Positions 12,268-25,080 of a stretch of 64,000 nucleotides of DNA are shown in pieces. The DNA comes from Haplodiscus bocki (taxonomy: Eukaryota). The notes under the pieces were generated by a model. That model had not been told where the DNA came from, made no database searches, and was given only the letters and a program-made list of their open reading frames with translations. The stretch's first letter is position 1. Each line of letters opens with the position of its first letter. A program made the translations under genes and the position numbers. Where the stretch lies: NCBI GenBank assembly GCA_965655095.1, contig OZ296649.1:51832001-51896000 (forward strand). Reading direction: 5' to 3'.

Positions 12268-15200
12268 AATTTTGGATTCTACGTTGACGTTTCAAGTTTT
12301 CTTCAGATATGACTGCAAAGAAAGATCGTTTGTTTTGTTCTATCGCTGATTTGCGAGATTTAGAGAACGAAACTTCAACTGTGTTTGACGTCTATTCAAG
12401 AGAAATGATAATTCAGTTTAGGAATTATGTTTTTGCCTTTGTTATCTGATTGCTCCAGAATACAGTCGAAGGCTTCTAATGAACAAACTTTCGTACCAAA
12501 ATTTTGGTTTATTTTACAAGTGTTCAAAATCTTACAGGCTTACAACTATTCTCCTTGAGTCCTCAAGGTTATTGGCAGATTTTTATTTTCTGATTAGTTC
12601 AACTGATGAAGATACATGTTTTCATCAACCCGCTAGAATGAATGCGGTGGAAGCGTTTATTTTGGTTTTACGGTTCAAGAGTGTTTATCATAAGGAATGC
12701 ACTGCGCTCAATTGTTGGTTCATTTTTCTACAGTTTTCTTTTCTCAGCAGTTGAAATGTCTCTCCTAATACTTGATAGGTTTTGGAACTCTTCTTCAATA
12801 CAAACCAGTTTGATAAACTGTCGGAATTGCATTTCAGACCATCGGCAAAGGAATCCTTATGTTTATAGGACGGTTACAGTTTGATTCAAATAGCTGTCGC
12901 CTGATTCTGTCTGAAATTTGTCTTCTCGGCCTTCTTCCACATCGGAAGTTATTCGGGGTTGGGTGATGAACATATGTCTTGAAAAGCAAAAATCAAGGTT
13001 CGCCAAACGGTCCTGCTAGGCACCAGTCATTTTGATTTGCATTTATGATCCAGCAGTGCACTCAAGTCATTCCTTTCGTAGACCACAGCTTGTTTTGTCT
13101 CAAAAAGTTTCCAAAAATTCTGATTGGTTGGGCAAACGATGCAGCGCTTAATCCTTTTGTGTATTCTGAAAGCTGCTTGCGAATTGTTGACCAATAACGA
13201 TTAAATTTTGGAAATCGAAAGTTGTCAACCCAACACAATCACTCTTTGATGAATCACTCGAGAACTCAGAACTGTATATCCCGCTTGTTTTGTTAGGTTG
13301 CAATGCTAACTCACCAATCGGTAGCTATGGAACTGGAAGGCTTTTATTGGTAAACATCTTTTTATTGTTCAAAAAATATCTGTTCGTCACAAAGAACTTG
13401 CATGGTTTGAGTTGCGACTCGGGTTTTTACGACTAAAATTTTCTACTCTGTTATCTCACCAGTCTCGAGTTACGTTTCCTAAATAAAGTCGTGCGCTCCA
13501 AAGGATTGGATAAGTGTAACTTTCTACGAAATTTCTCTCCTCACATTTTTGATCCAAACCAATACAACTGTCCTGAAGCTTCAGAGTTCTCGCAAACCCC
13601 ATTTGTGTGTCAGAGTCACCTAGGGTCAGGACCGCGTGGGCTTTAGGTTATTTGCGATATTGTCGACGAAAGGCGCGCAGCCCTGCCTGTCTACTGTCGG
13701 TGAGCGTGGTCCAACTCCTTTGCGGCCCGTTCGTCCTCGCACTCGCTCCGCTGTGCTCCACTCCGACTGAGTGCGATGACTTATGGAGGCCCACTAGTCA
13801 GTCGGCTGTACTTATAGGTTGCTGCAACTTTTATTTTTGTTGAAATGTTACGATGTAGCCCAATCCAAGCGCTCTGTCTCTTTTCGTTCAGGCTGAACGT
13901 CAGTGTTCTAAATTCACCAAAGCAATCACAAATCACCACACGACAAATTGATTTGAAGTTATGAGTAAAGGTACCGAGCAACAACAAAATTCCAAGTCCA
14001 GTGTTTTCTTTCAATTAGGCAACTTTGTTGTCATTCTTAGGATCCCGTGGGGATGTCTAAACGGTAACAAGAGCGTCATCTTTAATGGTTTGTCGACCCA
14101 ATGCATGGCAGATGCGTTCCGCTTTCGTTCGCTTACACGCGGGTGAGAAACGTTGTCGGATTGCGTTCATAAACTGGAGCCCTTTTACCCATTTATGTTG
14201 ATACGCTTTCCTTACAACAGCGGAACCGAATTCAAAGGATGACATTGATTTTTTGAGTCTGGAACTTTGCAACCGTTCGTCGTCTCCTTTGCCCTAGGGT
14301 CAATTGGAACGGGCTCACCGACTTATCGGAGTGTCTATATAAAACAACAAATAACAGTTCTGTAACTTCACTGAAGCGTACAAGTTCCCCACGAAACGTA
14401 ACATAACAAGTAGTCATGTTTGAGCACAAGATTTAGAATTGAAGGAAGATTCTAAAAACCATGTATTCAACTGCCTTAACCACGTTTTGTTAAGGTTGCA
14501 TAACGCCCTCTTGGTCAGAAGTCACATGAAAGTGGTCATCGTTAACTTGTTTCATTGGCCTCGTTCAAAAAAAACATCGCATAGGTTTGGGACTAATTCG
14601 TTTTCCTATAAAAATGAATGTAGGACAATTTACCTCAAACAAGAAAATGAATTATCTAAACCACGTGTAATGGTTGGCTGGGCCCAACTTCTACGTATTA
14701 CGTGTCCGTAGTAGATAAAATAGTTTGAATGAGCAGATTTTTTGCGGCATATCTTTGAAATTCATGCCCTCATTACTGAAAATTGAAATGGCAACATTTA
14801 CCCAAATGATGAAACTTTTGGTCCGACTGAAGATTTTGTGACAACTAGTACGAAAGAAAAATCTGATGACGCATCTCCGCAACCTGCAGCTAGCGATGTT
14901 ACTGTGTATGCAAATATTTTAACTTAGAGACATTCACGTTTTGAGTCGCCAATTATTTGATCCACTGGTGAAAAAAGTTTTGACTTTCGGACAAAATGTG
15001 AGCTAAAAGTTGTATTTCTCCATGAAAGGCCCCGCCTGATCGATACATGAAGCACAAATACGCATGGCAGAAATAACACCTGATTCGATAGCATGTTTTA
15101 GAGGAGCGTCAAAGTGTTGACAGTTTCCATCTAAAGAGTTGAAGACTCTCAATAAAGGCCTTCAAAACCGGTGTGAAATTTTTTTTCGAGAAAAACACAG

Positions 15201-16675
15201 ATCGAGTCTTGGTGGGAAACAGTGAGTCATTACTTTGGAAGCACACGAAACGCACTTGATTAAAAAATGGGATTAGAAGATTAAGCTTGACGTTCAAACC
15301 ACAAAATTTGTTTTCCAAGCACAGAGCTGATGTAGCGGGAAGTAAACAGCATTGCGCCACTGGTTTACTTGTGAACGTTTGTCGCAGTTCAATGTAGAAT
15401 TGCAGAAATGTGGCTGCAGTAAGTAGAATCAGCAATAAATTTTGAGTTGATCTCTAGAGTTTTAAAAAGAAATCAAGTTAATATGTCACACGAAAATCTA
15501 CACGACTGACTGAGGAGATATAGATATAAACGAAGTACCTATGTCCAAACATAAATTCACAAATTTGTCTGTCGGGGACCAATTTTTGGACAATGAAAAC
15601 TGTTATCATGATTCTGCGATTTTTTAAACATCATTGTTTCCAACAAAAGCAAGCTTACTGGGGAAAAGATTGACTGATTTTCACGATTGTCACGACAAAA
15701 TAAAGTGCAACGTAAAATTCATCACGAAGCGAGACTCTCAATGTCGGTTGGCACCTTTAAGGTTTCGTTTATTGACATACAATCATGTCATCTATGGACG
15801 CATACAAACGGAACCTAAATCTTTTTTGCGTTGATTCAAAACCGAAGAAGAATGCAAATTAAATGTATCGCATACTCCAGAATTAGAGTGAAAAATTGAG
15901 AAAGAGCACGAAAAAATACGAAAAATTAACATATGGCTTTAATTGAGCTGAAGAGCAAGTGGGACCTACTTCTTTAGGCTTTTGCCGGACACGATTTCAG
16001 AAAAATCAAAAGCTGAAAAATGAATTCCCGAAAACAACTTGTGTTGCCTTCAAAAAAACTTTTTTGAACAAGTTAATTGCCCCAATATTTTGGCAAAAGT
16101 GATCAAACTTCTTACTGAAGAAAAATCGTCAAAAAGTTTTTTGACAAAAAGCAGCTACAGAGACCATGTGCTTCACTTGCTAGCGCTCAATTAAACTTTG
16201 GACGGAAAATTCAAGAGATAGCTCAGCTTTTGTAAACTTTTTGCCGAAACTTCTGTGAAAATTGTCGAAAAGCCCGAAATGCGAAAAGTTGAAAAGTATT
16301 GACGCAATCAAATATCTTGCCACGGAACGCAGGTGTTTAGCTCACTTCATGACTAACCGTCAAAAACAATTTATTCAAGAGATCTTTGACCGTAACGGAA
16401 AATATTTTCGAAAAAGTGACAGAATCAGGTCCAAAAATTCAAAATTCTCAATGAAAAACAACTTTGTAGCCAAAATACCAGCAGGAACGGTTGCTTGTAT
16501 CATGGATTCAGGGCCGCATGCTAAAATTAGCCAAATGTAATGTTAGTTTTCGAGATCATGCTTGTGACACAATGTATGTGTTACTAAAGGTCTCGGCACG
16601 GGGCCCCTACCCCGGCCTCGTAATGTAAATTGGGCGAAACCCCGAACCAACAAGGTCCTTGTCTTCGAGACCACT

Positions 16676-17199
16676 GTGCTGGGGAAAAAGCGAATTTGTT
16701 TTCCAATTGGCTTTGTTAATCTCAACAGTTTTGTCATGTGTGCGGCAGTGAAAGACAAAGATAACCTCGATCTCACTTTGTCCCAGACTTTAATCAAAAC
16801 AGTTTCAGCGAACAGCCTCGAGCGGCAGAAGAGTGACTGCGACACATTTTCTATTGATTTACTGAAACAAGAATATAAAATAGTGGGAGGACATAAATTG
16901 CTGCGGAAGACTCTGATTAATTCATCAGTTGGCAAGTACTATTCTTTGCAAGTAAGTGCCACTTCGATCAACGTTTTTCACAACTTTTTTTGTAAATCAA
17001 AGTGGCAAACCAACGCTTGAAACAACTTCTCAGAAGTATCAAACCGTTGACTTTTCACCTACAACGCGAACCCATCATCTTCCCGAACAAAGAGGCTCCT
17101 CGTATTTCCAAGCAGATAGCTGAGGAGTTCAGTGTACGTGACGATTTTATCGAAGTTGCCTTTTTTTCCAACTGGGGGCCGCAGAAAATCTCAGTTTAG
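16676..17199 (+). pseudogene. Polinton 1 conserved hypothetical (EYKxxGG motif)
   Basis: FSIDLLKQEYKIVGG matches FLSID...LIKEEYKLLGG at the same position in element 2. Confidence 0.65.
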
Positions 17200-17309
17200 A
17201 CTAACTTTGAAACATATTGATACTTTTTATGCATGTATATTTTTATCCAAAGTGTGTGATTGTTCTTATATGTCCAATCGAATTTTTTCTCTTTGCGTTT
17301 TTTTACAAA

Positions 17310-17612
17310 ATGGACGAGCGAACAGTTCTTTCTGATAATGCTTCTCAAGATTGAAATATTGATGTTGAAGACGGCGCAGGCATTGACCATCTAGTTCTCG
17401 ACAATGTTGAAAGTGAATGGTCGTCATGGAAGTTTTGTAACTCTACAACAGTACCTCGATCTGAAGTAGTCTTCTTTCAAGCATTAACCGTTGTATGCTT
17501 ATCCTCACTCGTTTTAAACTCGTTTGTTTCGATGTCTCTTGCGAGGATATGCCATTTTGGGTGTGACTAATCAGGTGCAGTTGGATACCTACATCCTAAT
17601 TCCCGCCTATGA
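17310..17612 (+). pseudogene. Polinton 1 small predicted membrane protein
   Basis: MDERT...WSSWKFCNSTTVPRSEVVFF followed by hydrophobic segments and FWV...VGYL. Stop overlaps the ATPase ATG (ATGA). Homolog at 52233-52510. Confidence 0.7.
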
Positions 17613-18307
17613 ACAAAGTAATTCTCCAAGCGATCTCCTCTTCATGTCTCTTGTTGGACCTGGTGGGTCTGGTAAACTGCAGTTATTTTTTTAATGCTCT
17701 CATCGGAGACGACGTTTCATCCTGAATTTGGTGAAAACTTTTATTTTTATAAGGAGTGTCAACCCCTATTTGATGAGATGTCTATAAAGTTGGACGTTGA
17801 CTTTGTGCCATGTCTCGAATTTGATATGATCAAGAAACTTGCTAATTGTTTTTTGGTTTTTGACGCTGCTTGCGAGGAAATACACCTGGAGAAAGATTTT
17901 GTCAAAATTGCAGATGCTGGCCGACATAAGAAAATAGGTTACATCTTTGTTAAACATAACTTGTTCCATCAAAGCAAGTGGTCACGCACTATAGATCTAA
18001 ATACAACGCACATTGTTTTGTTCAAATCACCACGCGACAAGCAATAGGTTGGACATTTTGGGAGACAGTTGAAGAAAGACAGTTAATTCATTGGATTTTC
18101 ATATCAAAAGGGATTACTGAGCCCTACAGTCATTTTGTGAGCGACTTAAATCAGGAAACTATTGACTCGCTTCGTTTCTGTTCTGATACTGTTGGGCCTG
18201 GTCCAACTACTTTTTTTATACCGTCTAATTTTGCAAAAGAAACGCCGCTGACAAATGAACGAGAAAAACGCGCATGCACTGAGGTGCTGGCAACGCAGAA
18301 AAACTAA
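17609..18307 (+). pseudogene. Polinton 1 A32/FtsK-like packaging ATPase
   Basis: Walker A SLVGPGGSGK, Walker B CFLVFDAACEE, AGRHKKIGYIFVKHNLFHQSKWSRTIDLNTTHIVLFKSPRD. Frameshifts and stops present. Confidence 0.93.
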
Positions 18308-18560
18308 GAAGTCATACCATAAGTTCCTCAGCGAGTGTGATCCCACTGATCTGAAATCCCTGTGCGAATCCGCCCTTAATATAATCAACGGCAATGTGCT
18401 GTGTGATGTTTGTCTTTTGTTACCTTTCGTTCGAGAACTCAAATTTTTAGGTGACTCAAATACTTCCACTGAGAAACGGCGAAAAACGTTTTGCACCACC
18501 AAAGGAATCAATTTGCTCCGACAAATCGGTGGACCTATCAATTCCTGTTTGACGCAATGA
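18255..18560 (+). CDS. Polinton conserved small basic protein (LCEsALNiiNGNV motif)
   Basis: Motif typical of the ORF that follows the ATPase in Mavericks. Homolog SECVVNILNGNV in element 2. Confidence 0.7.
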   Translation: MNEKNAHALRCWQRRKTKKSYHKFLSECDPTDLKSLCESALNIINGNVLCDVCLLLPFVRELKFLGDSNTSTEKRRKTFCTTKGINLLRQIGGPINSCLTQ

Positions 18561-19140
18561 CTTCTCGGGAATTTGTTTTTGTACGTATAGAGAATTATGT
18601 CAAGGAACAACCCAAAGCGTCAGAAGTTCTTCAAGATCCAACTTTTACGGTGAAATCCAAACTTATGATTCTCTTACAACGAAGCCATCCGCCTCAAGTA
18701 ATTGGAAAAGTCGAAGTGAAGGATGAGAGAATGTCGGAAATAGAAAAAAAAGTAAATAGTTGTGAATTGAGTTCTCGAATCCCTCTCGATGCTTGAACCG
18801 TGACAACTTGCGAAGTTGAAGCCGATTCTCAAAAAAATTTATAACTCCTCCGATGTTCCGGTAAGCGAAGATGGCTTTCTTACTCTCGGCGACAGCACCA
18901 CGTCCATCGTAGCTTCCATTTTCCTATTTAACCTACAGCAAGCAATGAAAGGGTTGCATGATCCCGACTATCGGAATATTCTACAGAAAATTGATGTTTC
19001 TCCTCAGTTGGTTGCAAACTCAGGCTAAGCAAATACTATTATCAGCGCGGAAAATTGTACCCATTAGACCTAAAAATAAAACTCTGTAAAACTACCGAAA
19101 GAGAAGAAACGTCTGGAAGATCAGCAATCTCACGAAGATA
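18557..19140 (+). pseudogene. Polinton conserved hypothetical between ATPase and integrase
   Basis: EFVFVRIENY...DVSPQLVANS matches EVVLIPEENY...DIPPQLVANS in element 2. Confidence 0.65.
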
Positions 19141-19168
19141 CTGAAAACGAAACGAGCCCGGCTAAACC

Positions 19169-20045
19169 TTGGAAAACTTTCCGATCAACGTTTTTTCCGA
19201 TCAACGTAATCTCAAGAGCGTTTATTGGAAAGGACCAGCTGCATTTGGCAGCGTGAGAAATCTCCAAAAAGGAACTGAACTCACACGAAAAAACTACGTG
19301 AATTTCCTATCGAGGAAAGATGCGCATACAAATTATAGACAATATCGTCGCAGATTCCCTCGGCTAAAAGTTTTTGCTTTTGATATTGATGAAATATGGT
19401 CCGTCGATGTTGCTGAAGTTGAGAAGCTCGTGAGATACAAGAACGATGTTAAGTACTTCCTCGTTACCGTGGATGTTTCCTTCCGCAAGTCGAGAGTTCT
19501 CCCAATGTGAACCAAAACTGCAGAAGAAACTGCCAAAACTTTTGGAAAGATGATTGTGAAAATTAAACCACAAAAGATTAGGCCTGACAAAGAAACCGAA
19601 TGTAAAGGCGCTTTCCTTCTCCTTTGCCAGAACAATAACATTGACACTTACTCTACTCACAGTGAAACCAAGTCAGCGTTTGCAGAGAGGATTACTCGCT
19701 CTCTCAAAACTTATATGAACACCTCGAAAACAAGTGGTCGTATCATGACATTAACGAGCTGCTGTCCTTTGTACAAACAATGAACTCAAGGGTAAACAGA
19801 ATGACAGGGTTAGCGCCTAACAAGTTTCAAAAAACACGTCTTCAAGTTAGTTTCATTAACTGCTGAAGAGTCGAGTCAACTGGTCAGGAAATTCAGGAAA
19901 GCCAAGTTTAAAATTGGTAGTACAGTCCGAATTGCTAATGAAGATCTCCCTTTCAGAAAAGGTTACAAACAGAGTTTCCCTGACGAAGTGTTTACAATTG
20001 TGAAGATTCCAACCTTCAACCCACCCACTCATTCTGTGGTTAACG
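19169..20045 (+). pseudogene. Polinton 1 retroviral-like (rve) integrase
   Basis: PAAFGSV, IDEIWSVDV, YFLVTVDVS, DKETEC, KSAFAERITRSLK, FRKGYKQSF.DEVFTI. Confidence 0.93.
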
Positions 20046-20049
20046 CTAA

Positions 20050-20890
20050 AGTAAATTTGTTGTTTACTTTGAGTCAACAGGTTCAATCGACTTTCACAAA
20101 ATTAACAAAAGTGTCTTTTTGCAATCTACTTCCAGAACATTTGACTCTGGAAGGTGATTGGCGGGTAGCCCTTGCTGAGATCATTTTCCATTGAGGAATT
20201 GAAAATGTCACAAAAGATCTCCTTATATCCACACCGAAAACTCCCTACGATAACTCATTGATTTTGAATTCATAATCTGCAATACAACGCGAAGACTGGT
20301 CGAATAATGGTGTATTCAATGATGTCGATTACGAAAGCGTTACGGAAGTTTTGAGTCATTTGCATTCTGCAAGGAATGACAAGGGGCTTTTTCTGACGTC
20401 AACTGTTGAAAATAATTTTGTAGAGATCAAGTTTCGAGAGGGCTATGGTCTTAGCCTACTTGACCGCTCCCTTTTTGATGTGCTAGGATTCAAGGGAGTG
20501 CCAGACACCAACTGGGGTGGGTTTTTTATTGGATGCAACGAAAAAGTGGTGAAGCAACATCAGCCTGTCATTAGTAATTACCCACCAGATAAGACCGCTG
20601 GAACAGATATTTTTCTCGTAAGCTCGGACATTATCGAACATCAGCATATAGCTGGAATCAAGGCGCCATTTCTTCGACTTGTTGACACAGAAGGAAAGTT
20701 ATCAGACGGTGAGTTAGCAATTACTTCTAGTACAATCCACAAAGTTTTTACAGAACTACAATTCAGGAAACTAGTGCGCGAGACAGTTCGCGAAATTTTC
20801 ATTGAGTTAGTAGATATAACCGGTCATTACGTTTTTTTCGTCGGCACAAGCAGAGTGCTCGTAACTCTAAAATTTGAAAAAATATCAAAT
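20050..20890 (+). pseudogene. Polinton 1 minor capsid protein (penton, PX)
   Basis: FCNLLPEHLTLEGDWRVALAEI at the N-terminus, then FLVSSDIIEHQHIAGIKAPFLR...IFIEL.D.TG..V.F...VTLKF. Confidence 0.85.
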
Positions 20891-21230
20891 GCAAGGCTTG
20901 TAGTCGTGTCAAGGGGTGCTGCCACATTCTTCCGGGCACACCCGTCAAAGAGGCAGTGGATTTTGATCGTTAGCAGCAGGAGTTGGCCGCGTGGCTTTGC
21001 CCTTCGGAAGAAAGTTATTCTTCCTGCGGTTAAATCTATCGGTAGAAAATTGTTCATGCAAAGTTTGCCTGACATTATAGATGTTGCTACGAAGAAAAAG
21101 TCGCCCATACGAGCTTTGAAGTGGGCTGTAAAAAAACTGTTAAGAAACAACTCGGGTCTGGCATAAACTGGAAGAATAGAAGATAACGAAAGAGAAACAG
21201 CCGAAAGAAAGCAAGGCTACAGAGAATTAG
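20889..21230 (+). pseudogene. Polinton 1 basic core/pVII-like protein (RQRGSG motif, amphipathic helix)
   Basis: HTRQRGSGF*SLAAGVGRVALP/RKVILPAVKSIGRKL. Lies between the minor and major capsid genes. Confidence 0.7.
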
Positions 21231-21256
21231 ATCAGTTTCTTTCTCCAGAGTCAACA

Positions 21257-22548
21257 ATGTTGCCTAATATCTTACCTAATGAAGCTTCACATTGCTCTCG
21301 GGGTATTTTTGAACGTCCTCCTTTGATTTTTACGTTTGACACTTCATTCGAACAAAAAGTTGGTCCTGCCTACGCGCAAAATGGTCCCATCGTGGAGTTT
21401 GAGGTGGTTGGGGATCGCACCAACTTCATCGATTGGCAAAACATTAACCTTGAAGTCAAATGTGAAATTCTGAAATCCAGTGGTAATAAAATTAATTACG
21501 ATGAAGCGAATACTGATTCACCATGTTTTGTTAACAACACTCTTCATTCTTTGTTCTCTGAAAATGCTTTTACTGCAAATGGTATCAAAATTTCTTCTGG
21601 TAATGGTCTTTAGGCTCTGAAAGTTTTCGTTGAAACCGAAATTCGCACAACAAGGAAGCTAAAGAAACTTTGGAGATGCCAGGGTTTTTCTTACGAAAAG
21701 GAACCTACCGATTGTACTACTACTATTTTTACGGAGCGAACTGTGGAAACAAAGGACTCAAACCGTGTATCCTTTTTGGGAAAAGTTGCATTGAATTTTT
21801 TTCATGTGATAAGCATCTCATCAGTGGTGTCAATCTTTGCATCTCCTTTCTCAGGAATCGTCCCGATTACTGTCTGATTCAGGATGTTGAAGCTAAAGAG
21901 TACAAGGTTGATATTACCCCAGCGAATTTGTTTGTTCGCAAAATGATTGTCAGTGACCCCGTATATTCTACCATTGAGACCACACTCACCAAAAACTTCG
22001 GCTCTTTTTTGATATACCGAAATTATACCAAAAACATTCCTTATGTCCACCGGAAGTAAAAAATGGGATCACGAAGACATTTTCAACCGTGAAACTATCC
22101 GAAGGTTGGCTGTTGCAATGACTACCAATAAAGCTTTCCTTGGTAGCAAACGAGAAAATCCATACCACTTCCAGAAGTTGGGCTGATAGTGTCACAGTAT
22201 ACCGAAATGGTTACATATGTGCTGGAACTCCTTTACAGACAGACGATGACAAACAGCTTTGTTTTAATTCCCTTGAAGCTTTAGCTTTTAAACAGCACGG
22301 ACACGGTTGCTTTTGACAACTTTCCCAATCACTACGTTTTGGTTTTCGATTTGACAAGTACCCAGGACGCCTGTCATGACTACCTTTATCCTGAACTCCC
22401 AAACGGCTCTATTTCCTTTATTCTGCGTTTCTCAACTCAGCTCACGGACACTATAGAGCTGGCCTTTCTCGGTGAGAACACATCAACAATAAACATTGAA
22501 TCATATCGGAAGGTTTCAAAGAAAATTCATCCATGCAGTAAAGTTTAG
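21257..22548 (+). pseudogene. Polinton 1 double jelly-roll major capsid protein (PY/hexon-like)
   Basis: IFERPP, GPIVEFEVVGDRTNFIDWQNINLEVK, FVNNTLHSLFS, ANLFVRKM, NPYHFQK, VFDLTSTQD. Confidence 0.9.
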
Positions 22549-22556
22549 TCGAAAAA

Positions 22557-22984
22557 ATGATTGGTGAATTGGAATTGTGGCGACTTATCATTAAATGTAA
22601 TCATTTAAAGTTTAGTTTCATTGGTGTCTGTGCTGCGGTCAATTTTCCCCTTTCGCTTGACGAGAACACTTTCGTGATAGTGAATTCAGACAATTCAAGC
22701 AAAGAGGGGACAAATTGACTACTTTTCTGAAATAGAGATGGAGATGTTTCCTTTAGCAATCCTTTGGGGTTAAAGCTTTACACTTACACAAAGTGTGTTC
22801 CCGCCTAGTTTATGTCGACTATGGCATTCTTGAAGTTATGAATCATCAGCTCCTAAAACCTACTTCAAACTTATGCGGACTCTACTCTATTTTTATTGCT
22901 CTTCACGTTTTCAGTGCATAATATCCTGTGATACCGACAGTTGATGAAAATCAGTTACTTTGCATTATGAAGCATTTGATTTGA
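22557..22984 (+). pseudogene. Polinton 1 adenain-like cysteine maturation protease
   Basis: FIGVCAAVNFP, VIVNSDNSSKEGT(N*) at the HW position, HQLLKPTSNLCGLYSI. Confidence 0.88.
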
Positions 22985-23089
22985 AGTCTGGTCAACACTT
23001 TCTCATGAATGAATTGATTTCAAATGAGATGATTTCAAAAATACCTTCCTAATTTTTTTCCGAAAGTCCTAGTTGACCCTATTTTTTCT

Positions 23090-23790
23090 TTAAACAATGT
23101 TTCTATCCTGTTGTAGATATTTTGATGTAAGAAATCTCTTAATCCATCGTGTTTTTTGCCAAACTTTAGATTTATCGTATAATTTGCCAAACACGAAAAT
23201 TATAGCATCACACTTTATTATACCGTAACCGTCGGCGAAAATGTCTATGACGTTACACAGATTCGCGGCTTCAGGGCTTTCTAGGATGTTACATGAGCGA
23301 CTCATCGAAACTGTTGAAAGTTCAGTTTTTTGGAGGGCAACATCATTTGTAGATCTCACTCTTGGGATTTTGTTTCGATTCTTCTGACCCATTTTGCGGT
23401 TATATTCCACTGGTTATCTGAGCCTCTGCATTGTTCGACCGTTGAGCGTCACGTTGCTTGAGTTATGCAATAGTTGAAAGTGTGTTGAATGGAAACACGC
23501 CACGTCATATCCTTTTTCCTTAGAACTTTTCTTCGAACCAACTTCTAGTAGCAATTGATAATGCGTTTCTCTAACACTGCAGCAGTTATCGTTTTTTCTT
23601 GAATGTTTTGCAAAGGCATAATTCAGTGTACTGGCAAAATCCGCGCCTAGTTGTGGTTGTCGATTATAAATGAAGTACTGGAAATTTGTGCAAAATTTCG
23701 TGAAATTTCCGGAGTTTGTTCTTACATTGCTTCAACCATTCTGGCACTGAAATAAAAAGGGAGTAAGACGGCCGGCTGGAAGTGGCATAA
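23090..23790 (-). pseudogene. Polinton 1 unidentified minus-strand ORF remnant
   Basis: ORF fragment 23090-23410 plus upstream fragments. No motif recognised. Confidence 0.3.
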
Positions 23791-23919
23791 TTTTCGCCCA
23801 ATTACAAACAGTTTGTTAATTTTTTGTGAACGGATGAAAAAACTATTGTTTCGAATTTAGTTTTCAAAGAGATATTACAATTATCAATTCCACCACTGAT
23901 TTTTGTACTTTATGCAAAA

Positions 23920-24600
23920 GGGAATCACGATTTTCCGTTGGAGGATTTTTTCTCAGTGCCGATAAACTTCGTATAGGAACCCTTCTATGTTTCAGAAAAT
24001 TTCTGGTGTCGAAAAATGTTAGGGATAAGTGAGGTGGCGGGTATCACGATTTTCCGTCAAAATTGTTTATCATAGTACCGAATCATTTTGTAGAGGAACC
24101 CTTCTGTGTTTCAGAAAATTCCAGGTTTAGGAAAATTTTATGCCCAAGAGGGGAGTATCACTATTTTCTATGGGAAATTTGTTGTCTCACAGTACCGAAA
24201 AACTTTGTAGCTCGTAGGGGAACTCTTCTGTGTTTCAGAAACTTTCTGGTTTCAAAAAATTTCATGAATGAAAGGGGGGAGGGAGGGAGGGAGGGATGGA
24301 GTATCAAAGTTTTCCGTCGAATATTTTTTTGTCTCACGGGGCCGAAAATTTCGTAGAGGAACCCTTTAGTGTTTCACTAGTTTCGGGTATCGAAAAATGT
24401 TCGCGATAAGTCATGAAAATCTTTGGCGGGACAGACTCGAACCCCCAACCTGCTTCAGAGCCCTGTTGTCTTAACCCTACTGCTGTCATTTATTTTTCAA
24501 TGAAAAGAAATGGCAATTTTGGTCTGAAGAAAGAAAAAACGACCCCTCTGAATGAATAATTTCTTCTTGCTTATTACATATGCGATGAAAAATAAAACAA
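23920..24600. repeat. Probable host repeat nested in Polinton 1: about four ~120-bp degenerate units plus a tRNA-like segment
   Basis: Recurrent ATCACGATTTTCC...GTAGAGGAACCCTTCTGTGTTTCAGAAAA. Minus-strand B-box GGTTCGAGTC near 24435. Not seen in element 2. Confidence 0.75.
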
Positions 24601-24699
24601 TGTTAGTCCGATCGCAGTGCGGAAACTCGGTTTTGCTTTTTGAAAAAACTCGGGATTGAAGTTGAATTCAAACAATAGAATGAATTTTCAAACCACTTT

Positions 24700-25080
24700 A
24701 TTCACATGAGAGTTTGTTTGACCTTGATGTTCGTTTTTTGGTCATGGGCCTCTCTGTTCGTTTCGAGAAATTCTGTATCTTTCCGTCGTTGCTTGGTCCC
24801 ATGATATTGTTTTCACCATTGTTTTTAAGTTCGTGGAATTCTGCTTTTGTTAATGAAACACGCTGATTGATATATTATTCTTCGTCGGCTCCTTTTTTTG
24901 AAAAGTTTGATGAATAAATATGTTCCTGTGTTGGAGTACGTTTTCGTAGTATTTCTTCTGAGCTGTCGTTCAGTCTGGGAATTATCGAGCAAAATATCCC
25001 CGAATTGTTTATCGATAGTCGATGTAGAATGGCGACTGATTTCTCAAAATTTTTTCTGAGATCGATTTGAAGTTCTCAAC
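24700..25080 (-). pseudogene. Polinton 1 PC4-like ssDNA-binding protein
   Basis: TYSNTGTYLFIKLFKK/GADEEYNINQRVSLTKAEFHEL. Homolog at 57740-58121. Confidence 0.55.

Noticed and set aside
12309-12700. Possible SOCS-box-like ORF after the EGF gene in element 1 (P*VLKVIGRF)
   Set aside because: The match is too short and lacks the key Cys.
20827-21150. Minus-strand ORFs overlapping Polinton core genes (also 18146-18610, 19333-19660, 55447-55869)
   Set aside because: They are antisense shadows of recognised plus-strand genes.
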